From positions 9,985 to 73,984 of IMG/VR virus record IMGVR_UViG_3300031555_002663: DNA of 64,000 nucleotides; one strand, 5' to 3'. Below the pieces are notes generated by a model. That model had not been told where the DNA came from, searched no databases, and worked only from the letters and a program-made list of their open reading frames with translations. Position 1 is the stretch's first letter, and the number at the start of each line of letters is the position of its first letter. Positions 17,556 to 25,762 of this stretch are shown here, piece by piece. The stretch is from a virus (lineage: Duplodnaviria > Caudoviricetes). A program made the position numbers and the translations under genes.

Positions 17556-17942
17556 TCAATGAGCCTCTCTCCATACCTTTACAATGATGTCGTCCTCTGT
17601 ATTGTTAGGTGTGTGGTTGTCTGCTATCCACAAGAGCAAGAAGTCATCAGCCTGCACAGGCTCTTCGATGTACCACACATCGCCTGTCTCATCCTCTACC
17701 AGCTGACGCTCGTACTGCCATGCCCCCACCATGCGGATGGTGCCATCGCTGAAGTCCCCGCACCAGTTATCCTCGATGATAGAGGTATCAAAACCCCCGC
17801 TCTGCTCTACCACAGGAGCCTCTACGGCAGATGCCTGCACAGGAGTTATTGCCTGCATGAACAGAACTACAGCGAACAGAAACGCTACAGCACCAAGTGC
17901 CATGCCAATGCTCAAGGTTACATCTCTCAAAGTCTTCTTCAT
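17556..17942 (-). CDS. secreted or membrane-anchored acidic protein
   Basis: Signal-peptide-like N-terminus (VQASA); first gene of the leftward cassette array. Confidence 0.75.
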   Translation of the reverse strand: MKKTLRDVTLSIGMALGAVAFLFAVVLFMQAITPVQASAVEAPVVEQSGGFDTSIIEDNWCGDFSDGTIRMVGAWQYERQLVEDETGDVWYIEEPVQADDFLLLWIADNHTPNNTEDDIIVKVWREAH

Positions 17943-18099
17943 AGTTATCATTTCCTTTCCTCTTTGTTGATACTATTATACCATGCTACTGGCTTGTTGT
18001 CAATAGGTTTGTGCAAATTATTTTGGGAATTTTTTAAGTTTGTCAGATTGCACAAAAATTTGTCGAGAAGTTTGTGCAGACTGCCAATTGCGTAAAACT

Positions 18100-18126
18100 C
18101 GGCTCGCCACGTCCGGCGCCGAGCCG
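18100..18126. repeat. GC hairpin family copy H8 (27 bp)
   Basis: CGGCTCG-13nt-CGAGCCG preceded by AAAACT. Confidence 0.7.
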
Positions 18127-18390
18127 AGCAATTGCTAGGGGTGGTAGATTGTTCTTACTGTCGCTGCTTCTGGAAAGCTGGCAATACTTTTTGTATAGGG
18201 ATGTGGGGGGTGTATTTCAGGGAAAAAAATTTTTTTTCTTGTTGATTTGTTTTGCTCTGGGCACAACTATCCTGTAGACCATTTTCGATTTCGGATTACG
18301 GAGTTCAGAATAGACGAAGGACCCACCCCCATCCCTATTTCCGGGATTTTTAGGGAGTGGGTCCCATACTACCAGGTTTGTGTATATTAA

Positions 18391-18639
18391 TTAGATAAAA
18401 TCATTTTCATCGGCTAGCACGAACTTATCATGCCAACCCTTTTCGCCACACTTAGGGCATTTCAGCATTCTCTTGCCAGGCATGTGCATACTACACGCCC
18501 ATTCTTTTACTGTGGGTTTGTGAATAGTTCTACACTTCCCACATTGATAAACTGCAGTCTTAAAATCATATACAGTTGCCGCAACGGTCGCTACAACCAT
18601 CACGCCAGTCAAAATTCCACCAATTACTTTCTTGTTCAT
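18391..18639 (-). CDS. membrane-anchored Zn-ribbon protein
   Basis: TM helix plus CGKC and CPKC. Confidence 0.75.
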   Translation of the reverse strand: MNKKVIGGILTGVMVVATVAATVYDFKTAVYQCGKCRTIHKPTVKEWACSMHMPGKRMLKCPKCGEKGWHDKFVLADENDFI

Positions 18640-18827
18640 AAACTACCACCTTTCTTGCCGCCAAAGCCAAACTTAAACCAATCCTTCAATTCTTCAACTT
18701 TAGCCTTTCCTGTATAAATTAAAAATGTCTTTGTGCCGATTCCTGCAATATAAATGAAAGCGTATGCCGTTGCCCATGCTCCGACCGCTTTGCCAATTGC
18801 CATGAGACCTTCGCCTAAAATTTCCAT
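18636..18827 (-). CDS. small membrane protein
   Basis: 63 aa, coupled overlaps with both neighbours. Confidence 0.65.
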   Translation of the reverse strand: MEILGEGLMAIGKAVGAWATAYAFIYIAGIGTKTFLIYTGKAKVEELKDWFKFGFGGKKGGSL

Positions 18828-19162
18828 TACTCTTTACCTCCAAAAAGTGCACCAAGAATATCGCCAAGTTCTTTTTCAACATTGATATTGTTAAATGGCT
18901 TTACATAATAGTGCCAAACGAAGCCGAGTCCATCTTGCACTGTGCCGATGTAGTCTAAATACTTAAGAGTCTCTGGCAGCTCCCAACCGGTGCCAAGGCA
19001 AATAATTTGCAATTCAATTTCATCCACATCATCGTCAACTTCATACCAGATGCAAGGACCTGCGCCCGGCTGAAATTGTGCCGTTAAAATTCTTCTAATC
19101 TTACCCTTAATATTTGTAATTGCTCCATCAGTTCCCAATTCATCTTTATAAATTCTAATCAT
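18827..19162 (-). CDS. hypothetical protein
   Basis: 111 aa, GGAGG SD. Confidence 0.7.
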   Translation of the reverse strand: MIRIYKDELGTDGAITNIKGKIRRILTAQFQPGAGPCIWYEVDDDVDEIELQIICLGTGWELPETLKYLDYIGTVQDGLGFVWHYYVKPFNNINVEKELGDILGALFGGKE

Positions 19163-19186
19163 GCCGTTTCCCGGTCCTCCGATCTA

Positions 19187-19642
19187 TTAATCTGGCTTAA
19201 ATCTGCCCATGCCGCAATCGACAAATCTATGACAAGTTAGCATACATTGTGCATCTGCCGAATGACATGGTACAAATTCATCAAGTTCTCTCATGTAACT
19301 AATATCATAGTTACATTCATAATCATGTGGTTTTGTATGAAATAAGAAACTGTCATAACCGATTTCATAAAAGCATCTACTTGCAATATATTCATCCCGC
19401 ATTTTAATCCATGCGTCTTTTTCTGCGCGAGAAGGCTCTTCGATGTCTTCTTTAATTTTGCCAGTTTCATCATCAATTTCAATATCAACGCTCATACTAC
19501 CATCTTTATTTCGATGGCATCGTTTTGAAAAAAGTTTTCTGCTTACTTCAAAAGGGTCTCTAATATTATGTTCTCTGGCAAATTTATTAAAATCTGCCGA
19601 AAAATTCATAGCTTTAAAGCCATCTTCTGATACAATTACCAT
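19187..19642 (-). CDS. hypothetical protein
   Basis: 151 aa, GGAG SD. Confidence 0.7.
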   Translation of the reverse strand: MVIVSEDGFKAMNFSADFNKFAREHNIRDPFEVSRKLFSKRCHRNKDGSMSVDIEIDDETGKIKEDIEEPSRAEKDAWIKMRDEYIASRCFYEIGYDSFLFHTKPHDYECNYDISYMRELDEFVPCHSADAQCMLTCHRFVDCGMGRFKPD

Positions 19643-19842
19643 TTTGTAATTACTCCTTCAACATGGCCGACTTTAATAAACCCTGCAGGTTCATCTAAAT
19701 CAACAAAATACCCATCATTTATTTTAATGAATCGTTTATCTTGAACAATCCATAAGTCGCCGAAACAAGGATTCAAATAAATATCTCCATCAACGGCATC
19801 TTCATATTCATTATCCAATTCTTCAAATTCTTTATTTGCCAT
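19636..19842 (-). CDS. hypothetical protein
   Basis: Start MANKEF after AAGGA, overlapping the folD stop. Confidence 0.65.
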   Translation of the reverse strand: MANKEFEELDNEYEDAVDGDIYLNPCFGDLWIVQDKRFIKINDGYFVDLDEPAGFIKVGHVEGVITKW

Positions 19843-20662
19843 TTTCCTTACGCTCCTTAAAACCAGTACGTCTGAATTGCGCGGCAAGCAAAGTATTTTC
19901 CAATAGGGCGACTCTTGTGAGGAGCCCAACCCCGCCAGGAACTGGCGTTACATCTCGGTTTTCAGTGTTAATACAGTCACCTACAAGTTTGCCGTTTTCA
20001 TCAAAATTAATACCAACATCAACCACTGGTACATGAATTGCATAACAATTTAAAAATGCTGGTTTGCCGACTGCCGTAATAATGAAATCTGCCGTTTCAA
20101 TAAACTGCCATTTGTCCTTACTCTTTGAATGACACAGAGTAACTGTAGCGTCCCTGTTAGTTAACATTTGCGCCAATGGCTTACCAACAATATCACTTCT
20201 GCCAAAAATCGTGACATTTTTACCTGTAAAATCATAGCCGCAACCATTTACTACATAGTCAACAATTCCAGCAGGAGTGCATGGATTGAACCAGCTCATA
20301 GGATGAAAACCATCTACATCTTTTTCTGGCGCAATGGTTAGCTTAATAGCATCTACATCAATATGCTCTGGTAGAGGCATCTGAACAATCATACCGTCCA
20401 CATAAGGAAGTAAGTCTTTGATTTCTGTTACGAGTTCATTTTCTGAAATTGTTTCTTCATAATAATACCACTCGAAAGAAATTCCGACTTCTTCACAATC
20501 TTTCTTTTTATTGCGAATATAACGAGTTGAAGCTTCGTTATTGCCGACTTGGATAACTGCCAAAGTTGGCTTCTTGGCATCTACAAAGTCTTGCTCAATA
20601 TCTTCTTTAATCTGCGCTTTCTTATTTGCACAAAATTCTTTAATGTTTTGAGTTAAAATCAT
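19832..20662 (-). CDS. folD: bifunctional methylene-THF dehydrogenase/cyclohydrolase
   Basis: LAVIQVG...ASTRYIRNKKKDCEEVGI, IVQMPLP, PEKDVDGFHP, PCTPAG, GRSDIVGKP, VTLCHS, DVGIN, TPVPGGVG. Confidence 0.95.
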   Translation of the reverse strand: MILTQNIKEFCANKKAQIKEDIEQDFVDAKKPTLAVIQVGNNEASTRYIRNKKKDCEEVGISFEWYYYEETISENELVTEIKDLLPYVDGMIVQMPLPEHIDVDAIKLTIAPEKDVDGFHPMSWFNPCTPAGIVDYVVNGCGYDFTGKNVTIFGRSDIVGKPLAQMLTNRDATVTLCHSKSKDKWQFIETADFIITAVGKPAFLNCYAIHVPVVDVGINFDENGKLVGDCINTENRDVTPVPGGVGLLTRVALLENTLLAAQFRRTGFKERKENGK

Positions 20663-20879
20663 CGTCATCATCCCATCCTTCTGGTAAGATACAATCCAAT
20701 AGAGTAGTAAGAACCTGATTAATGCCGAAAATCGGTCCGCCGATCGCGAAAATCAGAAAGAATGCTACTTTATCGGAAGGTTCTAAATTTTGAACATATG
20801 GAATATAATCTATCATTGCGATTGTTGATAGAGTAAACCATAAAATTACTGCTATTACATAAGAGATCGAAAATCCCAT
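20640..20879 (-). CDS. small membrane protein
   Basis: Two hydrophobic segments, acidic tail. Confidence 0.6.
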   Translation of the reverse strand: MGFSISYVIAVILWFTLSTIAMIDYIPYVQNLEPSDKVAFFLIFAIGGPIFGINQVLTTLLDCILPEGWDDDDDFNSKH

Positions 20880-21247
20880 TGATAACTCCCATCCTTCATT
20901 TTACAAACTATTTGATTTGGAAGGAGTGCAAATCGGAATCCGTCTTCATCATTTTTATCTTCATGTGTTATTTCAGTTTGATATTCTGTAAGTCCAATAA
21001 TTTTCTTTTCGTCGTATAATGAAAAATCATAGACAGAACCAGTAAAATCTGCACCTTCTTTTACTGAGAGTAAAAGAGAACATGGATATTTCTCTTCAAT
21101 ATTTTTCTCGAACCAAAGTTTCATGCTTTCTTCTGGATGTGATTTAATGTAGGCATCCATAAGTTTGCCGATTGCTATCCACAATGAAGCGATAATAAAT
21201 ATTGAGCATAGTAGCAACCCGCCTAAAATACAAATTGCAATTACCAT
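20855..21247 (-). CDS. membrane-anchored hypothetical protein
   Basis: N-terminal TM helix; promoter at about 21276-21305. Confidence 0.7.
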   Translation of the reverse strand: MVIAICILGGLLLCSIFIIASLWIAIGKLMDAYIKSHPEESMKLWFEKNIEEKYPCSLLLSVKEGADFTGSVYDFSLYDEKKIIGLTEYQTEITHEDKNDEDGFRFALLPNQIVCKMKDGSYQWDFRSLM

Positions 21248-21275
21248 ATAAAACCCCTTTACCTTTTTATATAAT

Positions 21276-21338
21276 TATTATAACATTTTTTTTTGAATTT
21301 GTCAAAAATTTGACTTTGCCCAAAATTTTTGTTATAAT
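21276..21338. promoter_or_regulatory. back-to-back sigmaA-type promoters at the strand switch
   Basis: Minus strand TTGACA-17-TATAAT; plus strand TTGACT(21310)-17-TATAAT(21333). Confidence 0.75.
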
Positions 21339-21355
21339 AATTGTAGACTTAGGAG

Positions 21356-22420
21356 GTGAATCCTATTATTAAGTTAGATTACACTTTAGAGTCTCCAGAA
21401 GAAAGAGTTGCGTTGGTCGAACAGATTTTAGCTGAGAATCCCGACCCCAACGAGAAGTATTTAGAAATATTAGCTGATTACTTAATTCTTTGCATGGAGA
21501 AACAAGAGAAAAAGGAACGTAAAATATTAACTGAAAATCGAATGATGACAGTTAATAAAAGAGAATGCTCTTTTGAAGGTCTTGTTTCCCAACTTGAAAA
21601 TGGCGAAGATGGTATATATAATTTAATTAGTGAGAATAAAAATCAAATTTTCCAGCCGAAAGTTACAATTACGAAAAAAGATTTAGAAGAGATTGAACCG
21701 TTAAGACAGTTGAGAGAAGCCATTAATTTATGGGAAGCAAAATTAAAAGTCACTGAGGGAAAAGACGCATTTATTATTAAGAAAGCTTTAATTGAGATGC
21801 GAAAAGATCAGTATCTTATTAAGAACGCTTATCGCAAACCCATTGTTTTTAATAAGCTTACTCGTTCCAGAAGCTACATTAAGCTTGAAGATACTACTTG
21901 CCGTTTTGACGAGGACGGATACCCAATCCCTGAGGGCATTAGTTTGCTAGACCCTGTGGTTTGCTCAGCTATCTTATGTAACTATTCGAAGTTAAAACAA
22001 GACTCCGCCGATCAATTTGAAGGAGATTTGTATTACTTAATGGAATCATTCGATCAAGTCGCAGATATTGCATTAGAAGAATACCCTTTATATGAAAAGA
22101 TCGTCGAGTGTAAAATTGATGGGTTACAAAATGTACAAATCCAAGAAATTTTACAAGAAGAGTTTGGAATTAAACATAGTCTTGAATATATTTCAAGTTT
22201 ATGGCGTAAAAAAATTCCAAAATTAATTGCCTCTGCCGCTGAAGATGAATATCTTGATTGGTATTATCAAGAAGTTGAAAGAGGGAAATATAAACGTTGC
22301 AGCCGTTGTGGTGAAATTAAATTAGCTCATAATAAATATTTTAGTAAGAATAAAACCAGCAAAGACGGTTTCTACAGCATTTGCAAAAAATGTCGTAACA
22401 GCAAGGCCAAGAAAGCCTAA
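21356..22420 (+). CDS. putative regulator with C-terminal Zn finger (possible sigma-like HTH); start may be ATT at 21365
   Basis: CSRC...CKKC at C-terminus; helical HTH-like region before it. Confidence 0.7.
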   Translation: MNPIIKLDYTLESPEERVALVEQILAENPDPNEKYLEILADYLILCMEKQEKKERKILTENRMMTVNKRECSFEGLVSQLENGEDGIYNLISENKNQIFQPKVTITKKDLEEIEPLRQLREAINLWEAKLKVTEGKDAFIIKKALIEMRKDQYLIKNAYRKPIVFNKLTRSRSYIKLEDTTCRFDEDGYPIPEGISLLDPVVCSAILCNYSKLKQDSADQFEGDLYYLMESFDQVADIALEEYPLYEKIVECKIDGLQNVQIQEILQEEFGIKHSLEYISSLWRKKIPKLIASAAEDEYLDWYYQEVERGKYKRCSRCGEIKLAHNKYFSKNKTSKDGFYSICKKCRNSKAKKA

Positions 22421-22465
22421 TTTGAGTTTGGTGTTTTTATTAAGATATAAAAGGAGGAAAATTAC

Positions 22466-23632
22466 ATGGCTGAACAACAATACTACTGTAAAAAATGTAA
22501 TAGAACCATGAGTGCTGATTAGTTCTATGGATCCTCCAACTTGGAGAAATATCCCACAGGCAAATTAGACACTTGTAAAAAATGCATTTCAATGCATGTT
22601 GATAACTGGAAGCCAGAAACTTATGTATGGATTTTGCAAGAATGCGATGTGCCATATGTTCCAGATGAATGGAATAAGTTATTAGAGTCTTACGCGCGCG
22701 ACCCTTCCAAGGTAACAGGTATGACTATTCTTGGCAGATATTTATCAAAAATGAAACTTAAACAATACAAAGAATACAGATGGAAAGATACTGAATTTTT
22801 GCAGGAGCTTGCCGATAATAAATTAGAACAAGCAATGAAGAGACAAGGTTACAGCGCTGCTGAAATTACTTTGGCTCAAGAGCAAAAACGAATTATTATT
22901 CCAGAAGAGGGATTTAAAGAACCTGTTTATGAAGAACCTGTTGTTGAAGATTACTTTGCACAACAAGCAGGTGGCGATGACATTGAAATTGATTTAACAG
23001 ATGAAGATAGAACTTATTTAAGATTAAAATGGGGTAAAGCTTACAAGCCAGAAGAATGGGTTAAACTTGAACAGCTTTATGAAGAAATGATGAGTTCTTA
23101 TGACGTGCAAGGTGCCGGACATATTGATACATTGAAGCTTGTTTGTAAAACATCTTTGAAGGCTAATCAGTTGATTGATATGGGTGATATCGAAGGATTC
23201 CAAAAGATGTCAAAAGTTTACGACAGTCTTATGAAGTCTGGTAAGTTTACTGCCGCTCAGAATAAAGCAGAGTCTGGCGAGTTCGTTGATGCGATCGGAC
23301 AGCTGGTTGAAATCTGCGAAAAAGAAGGATTCATTCCAAGATACTATATTGATAAACCAAATGATAAAGTTGATGAAACTCTTGCAGATATGAAGAGCTA
23401 TACAAAGACTTTGGTTTATGAAGAATTGAATCTTGGTAATCTTATTGAGCAATCTATTAAGACTATGATGAGTGAAGAGAATAAAGACGAAGATGAAGAT
23501 ATTGAAGAGGAATTGAGCTTGGAGGAAATTGATTCTTTGAAAGATGAAGACTTTGAAGAGCATCTTGATTTCCTTGAAGAAGAAGCTGAATTGGATGAAG
23601 AAATTCTAAAAAGAATGATGGGTGAAGATTAA
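22466..23632 (+). CDS. Zn-finger protein upstream of terL, candidate terminase small subunit (1 in-frame TAG)
   Basis: AGGAGG SD and ATG at 22466; CKKCNRTMSAD[TAG 22520]FYG...CKKC in frame with the tracked ORF 22541..23632. Confidence 0.75.
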
Positions 23633-25377
23633 TGGCTCTGCAAGATTTGTTAGACCTTAGTCAAAACCGTAAAAAAATTGGTTTATCCGAAGAGCGTATT
23701 CGAGCTATTATTCCTGCCGCTAGAGATTATATTGCTTTCTGGCGTGAATATCCCGACCTTTTTGTTGACTTTATGAAAGGCCCAGATAACAACTTTAATT
23801 TATTCTTTTACCAAAGAGTTTTTATGCGTGCCGCTATGCGTCACAAATATGTTTATGCAGTTTTCCCTCGTGCATATTCAAAATCATTCCTTGCGGTTAT
23901 GATTTTAATGATTAGATGTATTCTTTATCCTCGCTGCAAATTGTTTGTTACCTCAGGCGGTAAGGAACAAGCTGCAGGAATTATGAAAGAAAAAGTTAAA
24001 GAAATTTGCACTCTTATCCCCGCCTTTGAGCGAGAGATTGACTGGGGTCGAGGCAAATCTCTTGAAGGTAAGGACTATTGTAAATATGTATTTAAGAATG
24101 GTTCTTATTTCGATAATATTGCCGCCCGCGAATCTTCGCGTGGTAAACGTAGACATGGCGGTCTTATCGAGGAATGTGTTGGTGTTGATGGCACCATTCT
24201 TTCCGAAGTTATTTTACCTACTATGAACATTTCTCGTATGTGCATGGATGGAACTACTCAACCTGATGAAACTTTAAATAAATCTCAAATTTATGTTACA
24301 ACTGCAGGTTGGAAAAATACTTTCCCATATGAAAAGCTGATTCAATTACTTATTTGGCAAATTGTCCAGCCAGGTAAGGCAATGATTATGGGTGGTACTT
24401 ATAGAATTCCTATCTTAATGAAGTTGCTTGATAAGAACTTTATTAAAGACTTAAAGATGGACGGAACTTTCAATGAGAGCTCATTCGACCGTGAATATGA
24501 GTCTAAATGGTCTGGAACTGTTGAAGATGCATTCTTTAGTTCTGAAGTATTTGATAGAAATAGAATTCTTAATCAGCCTGAATATGAAGCTTCCGGTCGT
24601 TCAAGCAAAGCAGCATATTATATTCTTGCAGCCGACGTTGGACGTAAAGGTTGTGACACTGTTGTTTGTGTATTTAAGGTAACTCCTCAACCACAAGGTT
24701 CTGCAATTAAGAGTTTAGTAAATATTTACACTCTTACTGATGAACACTTTGAGGAACAGGCAATTAAATTAAAATCTTTATATTATAAATATAATGCCAG
24801 AAGAATTGTAATTGACGCAAATGGTCTTGGTGTTGGCTTGGTTGACTTTATGGTTAAACCTCAAGTTAATCCAGATACCCTTGAAGTTATGCCAGACTTT
24901 GGTGTCTATGGTGGCACACAAGATGATGCAGCTCAAGAGTATAAAAAGTATAAAACCAATTCTACAGAACAAGATGCACTTTATTTAATTAAAGCTAGCG
25001 CTCCGATTAATACCGAGGCTCATACGATCGCTCGTTCCAATTTGTCTTCTGGAAAAGTAAAATTCTTAATTGATGAACGTGTTGCTAAACAGAAGTTATT
25101 AAATACTAAAGTCGGTCAAAATATGAAACCTGAAGAAAGGGCAAATTATTTAAAACCATTCACCTTAACTTCTATATTAAAAGAGGAAATGATGAACCTT
25201 CGAGAAGAAAACGAAGGTGTAAATATTATCCTAAAGCAAGCAAATAGAGGTATTCGAAAAGATAAATTTTCAGCTTTTGAATACGGTTTATATTATATAA
25301 AACAAGAAGAAGAGTCTAAAAAGAAGCGTAAAAAATTTAATGCTAAAGAATGGGCATTTTATTCATCTGGTAGATAA
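23632..25377 (+). CDS. terL: terminase large subunit
   Basis: Walker A PRAYSKS, Walker B LIEE, nuclease motifs ADVGR, IDANGLG, KDKFSA. Confidence 0.9.
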   Translation: MALQDLLDLSQNRKKIGLSEERIRAIIPAARDYIAFWREYPDLFVDFMKGPDNNFNLFFYQRVFMRAAMRHKYVYAVFPRAYSKSFLAVMILMIRCILYPRCKLFVTSGGKEQAAGIMKEKVKEICTLIPAFEREIDWGRGKSLEGKDYCKYVFKNGSYFDNIAARESSRGKRRHGGLIEECVGVDGTILSEVILPTMNISRMCMDGTTQPDETLNKSQIYVTTAGWKNTFPYEKLIQLLIWQIVQPGKAMIMGGTYRIPILMKLLDKNFIKDLKMDGTFNESSFDREYESKWSGTVEDAFFSSEVFDRNRILNQPEYEASGRSSKAAYYILAADVGRKGCDTVVCVFKVTPQPQGSAIKSLVNIYTLTDEHFEEQAIKLKSLYYKYNARRIVIDANGLGVGLVDFMVKPQVNPDTLEVMPDFGVYGGTQDDAAQEYKKYKTNSTEQDALYLIKASAPINTEAHTIARSNLSSGKVKFLIDERVAKQKLLNTKVGQNMKPEERANYLKPFTLTSILKEEMMNLREENEGVNIILKQANRGIRKDKFSAFEYGLYYIKQEEESKKKRKKFNAKEWAFYSSGR

Positions 25378-25391
25378 GGAGGTTTGGTTGA

Positions 25392-25748
25392 ATGAGAGCT
25401 TCAAGAGGCGAAATTAAAATTGAAGAGATTTTAAAAGAAGCGGAATTGAATTTCAAAATGGAATATATTTTTCCTGACTTAAGAAGTCCAAATGGCCGAC
25501 CTTTAAGATTCGATTTTGTTATTTTTGATGACGATGGTAAAATTGATTTTATTATCGAGTATCAAGGAAAACAACATTATGAACCTAGCCAGAAGTTTGG
25601 TGGAAAGCGTGGCTTTTACCAACAGCAATATAATGACAATCAGAAGCGTAGATTTTGTGCGCTTCACGATTTCAAATTAATTGAAATCCCATACACCGAT
25701 GAAAACTTAATTTCTTATGATTATATAATGAAACTTGCTGGATATTAA
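25392..25748 (+). CDS. PD-(D/E)XK endonuclease (Vsr/DUF559-like)
   Basis: LRFDF...IEYQGKQHY...DNQKRRFC...LIEIPY. Confidence 0.75.
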   Translation: MRASRGEIKIEEILKEAELNFKMEYIFPDLRSPNGRPLRFDFVIFDDDGKIDFIIEYQGKQHYEPSQKFGGKRGFYQQQYNDNQKRRFCALHDFKLIEIPYTDENLISYDYIMKLAGY

Positions 25749-25762
25749 AAGGAGGTGGGATT

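Larger units (their letters stand above)
5428..18003 (-). promoter_or_regulatory. array of about 33 near-consensus sigma70/sigmaA promoters (TTGACA-N17-TATAAT, mostly with extended TG)
   Basis: Read on + strand as ATTATA-CCA-N14-TGTCAA, e.g. TGTCAA at 5854, 6319, 7022, 8136, 8240, 9418, 9516, 9613, 11689, 11787, 12575, 12675, 17998; one or more in front of nearly every small gene. Confidence 0.9.

Noticed and set aside
5788-18126. GC hairpins as HDV-like theta ribozymes, integron attC sites or CRISPR repeats
   Set aside because: Loops are too short for P2/P3/L3 and there is no adjacent tRNA; no RYYYAAC/GTTRRRY cores; sequences are not identical and not regularly spaced
5853-18277. Long + strand ORFs in the track (e.g. 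7034..7588, 9715..10278, 11688..12341, 16039..16719, 17205..18095)
   Set aside because: Antisense shadows of GC3-rich minus-strand genes; no SD, and they run across promoters and terminators
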